From assembly GCA_001687465.1 (NCBI GenBank), contig LVLI01000080.1, positions 62,001-126,000 of the forward strand: 64,000 bases of DNA. The letters run 5' to 3'. This document shows, piece by piece, positions 62,069 through 64,000 of this stretch. Source of the stretch: Halocafeteria seosinensis (Eukaryota). Both the position numbers and the translations under genes were made by a program. The notes under the pieces are model-generated. The model saw only the letters and a program-made list of their open reading frames with translations. It searched no databases and had not been told where the DNA came from. Positions within the stretch are counted from its first letter, which is position 1. Every line of letters starts with the position of its first letter.

Positions 62069-62341
62069 ACATTTTGCATACGTACACAAGGGCATGTATG
62101 CCGCCGTAAAGATACGGGTATCCCGTCATCCAAGCTCTACAACAATCCATAATGATGCAACTGACTGCCTTGGTCGATAAGCCAAGATAGGAACATTGTA
62201 CACCACTCCATTGTAACTGAAGACCCTGCACATCTGTAAGCTGCTGCAGCCTTCACGCTTCTGGGCGTCAACAATTTCTGTGCGTAGTGGCTGTCCTACT
62301 GACCAATTCGACTGATGTCCTTGGAGCCGGGAACCTCCACT

Positions 62342-63826
62342 TCATTCCTCAACTTTAACGAGTTTCATGGTCTCCATGCACTGAGTCAGCTGCATGTCAC
62401 TTGCAAACGATTTGGCATTTTTCGCTTGTCGTTGCTGTGCTTGTATTTTCAGAATTTCTGTCATACTATCCCTGGTCTTTACCCAAAGTGACTTCGTCGG
62501 TCGATCATAGTATAAAGTGCCAGCCGGTGTGCTGTTACCAATTTCAGCGACCTTCTTTGGGAACTGCTGCATACACTTCTGGCCGTCAACAAATTCTGCG
62601 CGTTGTGACTGTCCTACTGGAGGTGCAACTGTCAGCAGTTTCACGCGTATAGCTTGCGGTTGTAAAAGGAACGAACACCCAGGGTTGATGGATAGTGCTC
62701 TAACATGGTTGTAGAGTTCCCTGCTGGAAAGTTGGGCAATGTCAACACTCCGCATCTGTTAAAACATCGGTTTCTTATTGAAGATTACGACACGTACGAT
62801 ACAGTATCGATGAAGACACGCGTACCTCCTTTGATACTTTCGAAGCTGTTCGACAGTCTTCAATTGACATATCATAGGGAAGCATGGCGGTTTGTTCACA
62901 CGCACTATGCACGCTAAGGCTAAGATTCTTGACGCAATCCTCCACTAAGGAGGCACCAGCTGCGGCTAAACGCGTCCTAAGCGTACAATAGGTATCAGAA
63001 TCATGGATGGGGACCTTCTTCTGGCTAATCACTTTTCCAGAATCGAATTGCTCGGGATGTATTTCAATTACAGAAACACCTGCGGGAAAACCGGACGTTA
63101 AAGAATGCTACCGCTATTCAGGGTTGCTCCACTTACCCGTTTCAGATTGATCATCCAATAAAACGTGATGTATCGGAGCAGCCCCACGATAGTGCGGCAG
63201 TAGCGAGGGGTGCATATTGATAGCTCCCCAATTGAGTTTCCCAAGGATGCGTTTATTCTGTACAGTCCAAAGACTCCGTTGATCACAATACATTGACCAT
63301 TCCCTCTGGACTACGCTACACGTACGACAAAATACCCAAATGATACCGCCACGCCAAAGTCGTATGATTCAGTGTTTTCATCGAATAGCTCCGACTCCCA
63401 CTTCTTCAGAGACTTACTGCGTGGAATTCAAAAAACCTCAGGATCATAATGCTTGGCTGTTTTCTTGCGAGGCAGACAGGGATGCCTGTCCTAATTAAAG
63501 ACTCACACGGAAGGGGGAATCTCAAAGAATTTAAGCGAATGTTCCTCGGCAAAGTTCTTAACTGGTAATGAAGCGTTCCGTCGACGTCCAATACGGCGGT
63601 CTCCCGGTGTGATCACACCAATGCTGCCTACGACCGGGGGATCTCCGCTAACCATGTCGTGATGAAGCAGCTTCAATGTTTCGAGCGAGACATCATCTGT
63701 GCCCATGAAGAGGATTTTATAGGGAGGATGAACGGATTCGGGCATCAACTGCGAAGGCGTCCAAGCCGATTCCGTCGTAAACCACCGCTTAGAGACAACA
63801 TTCGACGAAGCCCAGAGGCGCCTCAT
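62342..63826 (-). CDS. MTFMT: Mitochondrial methionyl-tRNA formyltransferase
   Basis: Presequence-like N-terminus; [32 protein letters not shown] and [16 protein letters not shown]; four canonical introns. Confidence 0.9.
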
Positions 63827-64000
63827 AGTAGTCCGTCACTGTATTGCACTTATATCAGCCATGGGTGAGTATCATCGGTGCGAACAAATCCGGTTGCGCA
63901 ATGCCCACCTAGGAAGTAATGCAGCATAGTACAGGACCTTCACAAAACTATACCCAAACCACAAGGAAATTCTACAGGGTACGAAGCACTACCAAATTTT

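Overview
Gene-dense eukaryotic nuclear DNA from a flagellated protist, probably of the SAR lineage and possibly a stramenopile (inferred from gene content, not proven). It uses the standard code and has canonical GT-AG introns, mostly 55-110 nt. About 31 protein-coding genes can be reconstructed by hand. Cilium: PACRG-like, IFT57, TTLL1-like, SHIPPO/ODF3-like, DRC1. snRNP/splicing: PRKRIP1, GEMIN7, INTS11, BUD13, U2SURP. Mitochondrial: bL35m, MTFMT. Others: a P2B Ca-ATPase, RAD17, SFT2, SYS1, TMEM131-like, folate-receptor-like, MerC-like, two tandem DUF819 transporters, several repeat proteins and unknowns. No rRNA, tRNA, CRISPR or recognisable intact mobile element was seen. The best candidate for an undescribed system is a canonical ubiquitin spliced to a 53-aa basic tail that is neither eL40 nor eS31 and is invisible in the ORF track. 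Also notable: a hidden 3-exon 81-aa gene, convergent genes with overlapping CDS or stop codons, and a CCGGGC-N5-GCCCGG-CCGGGC element repeated in two bidirectional promoters. All family assignments come from recognising motifs by eye; no database search was run.
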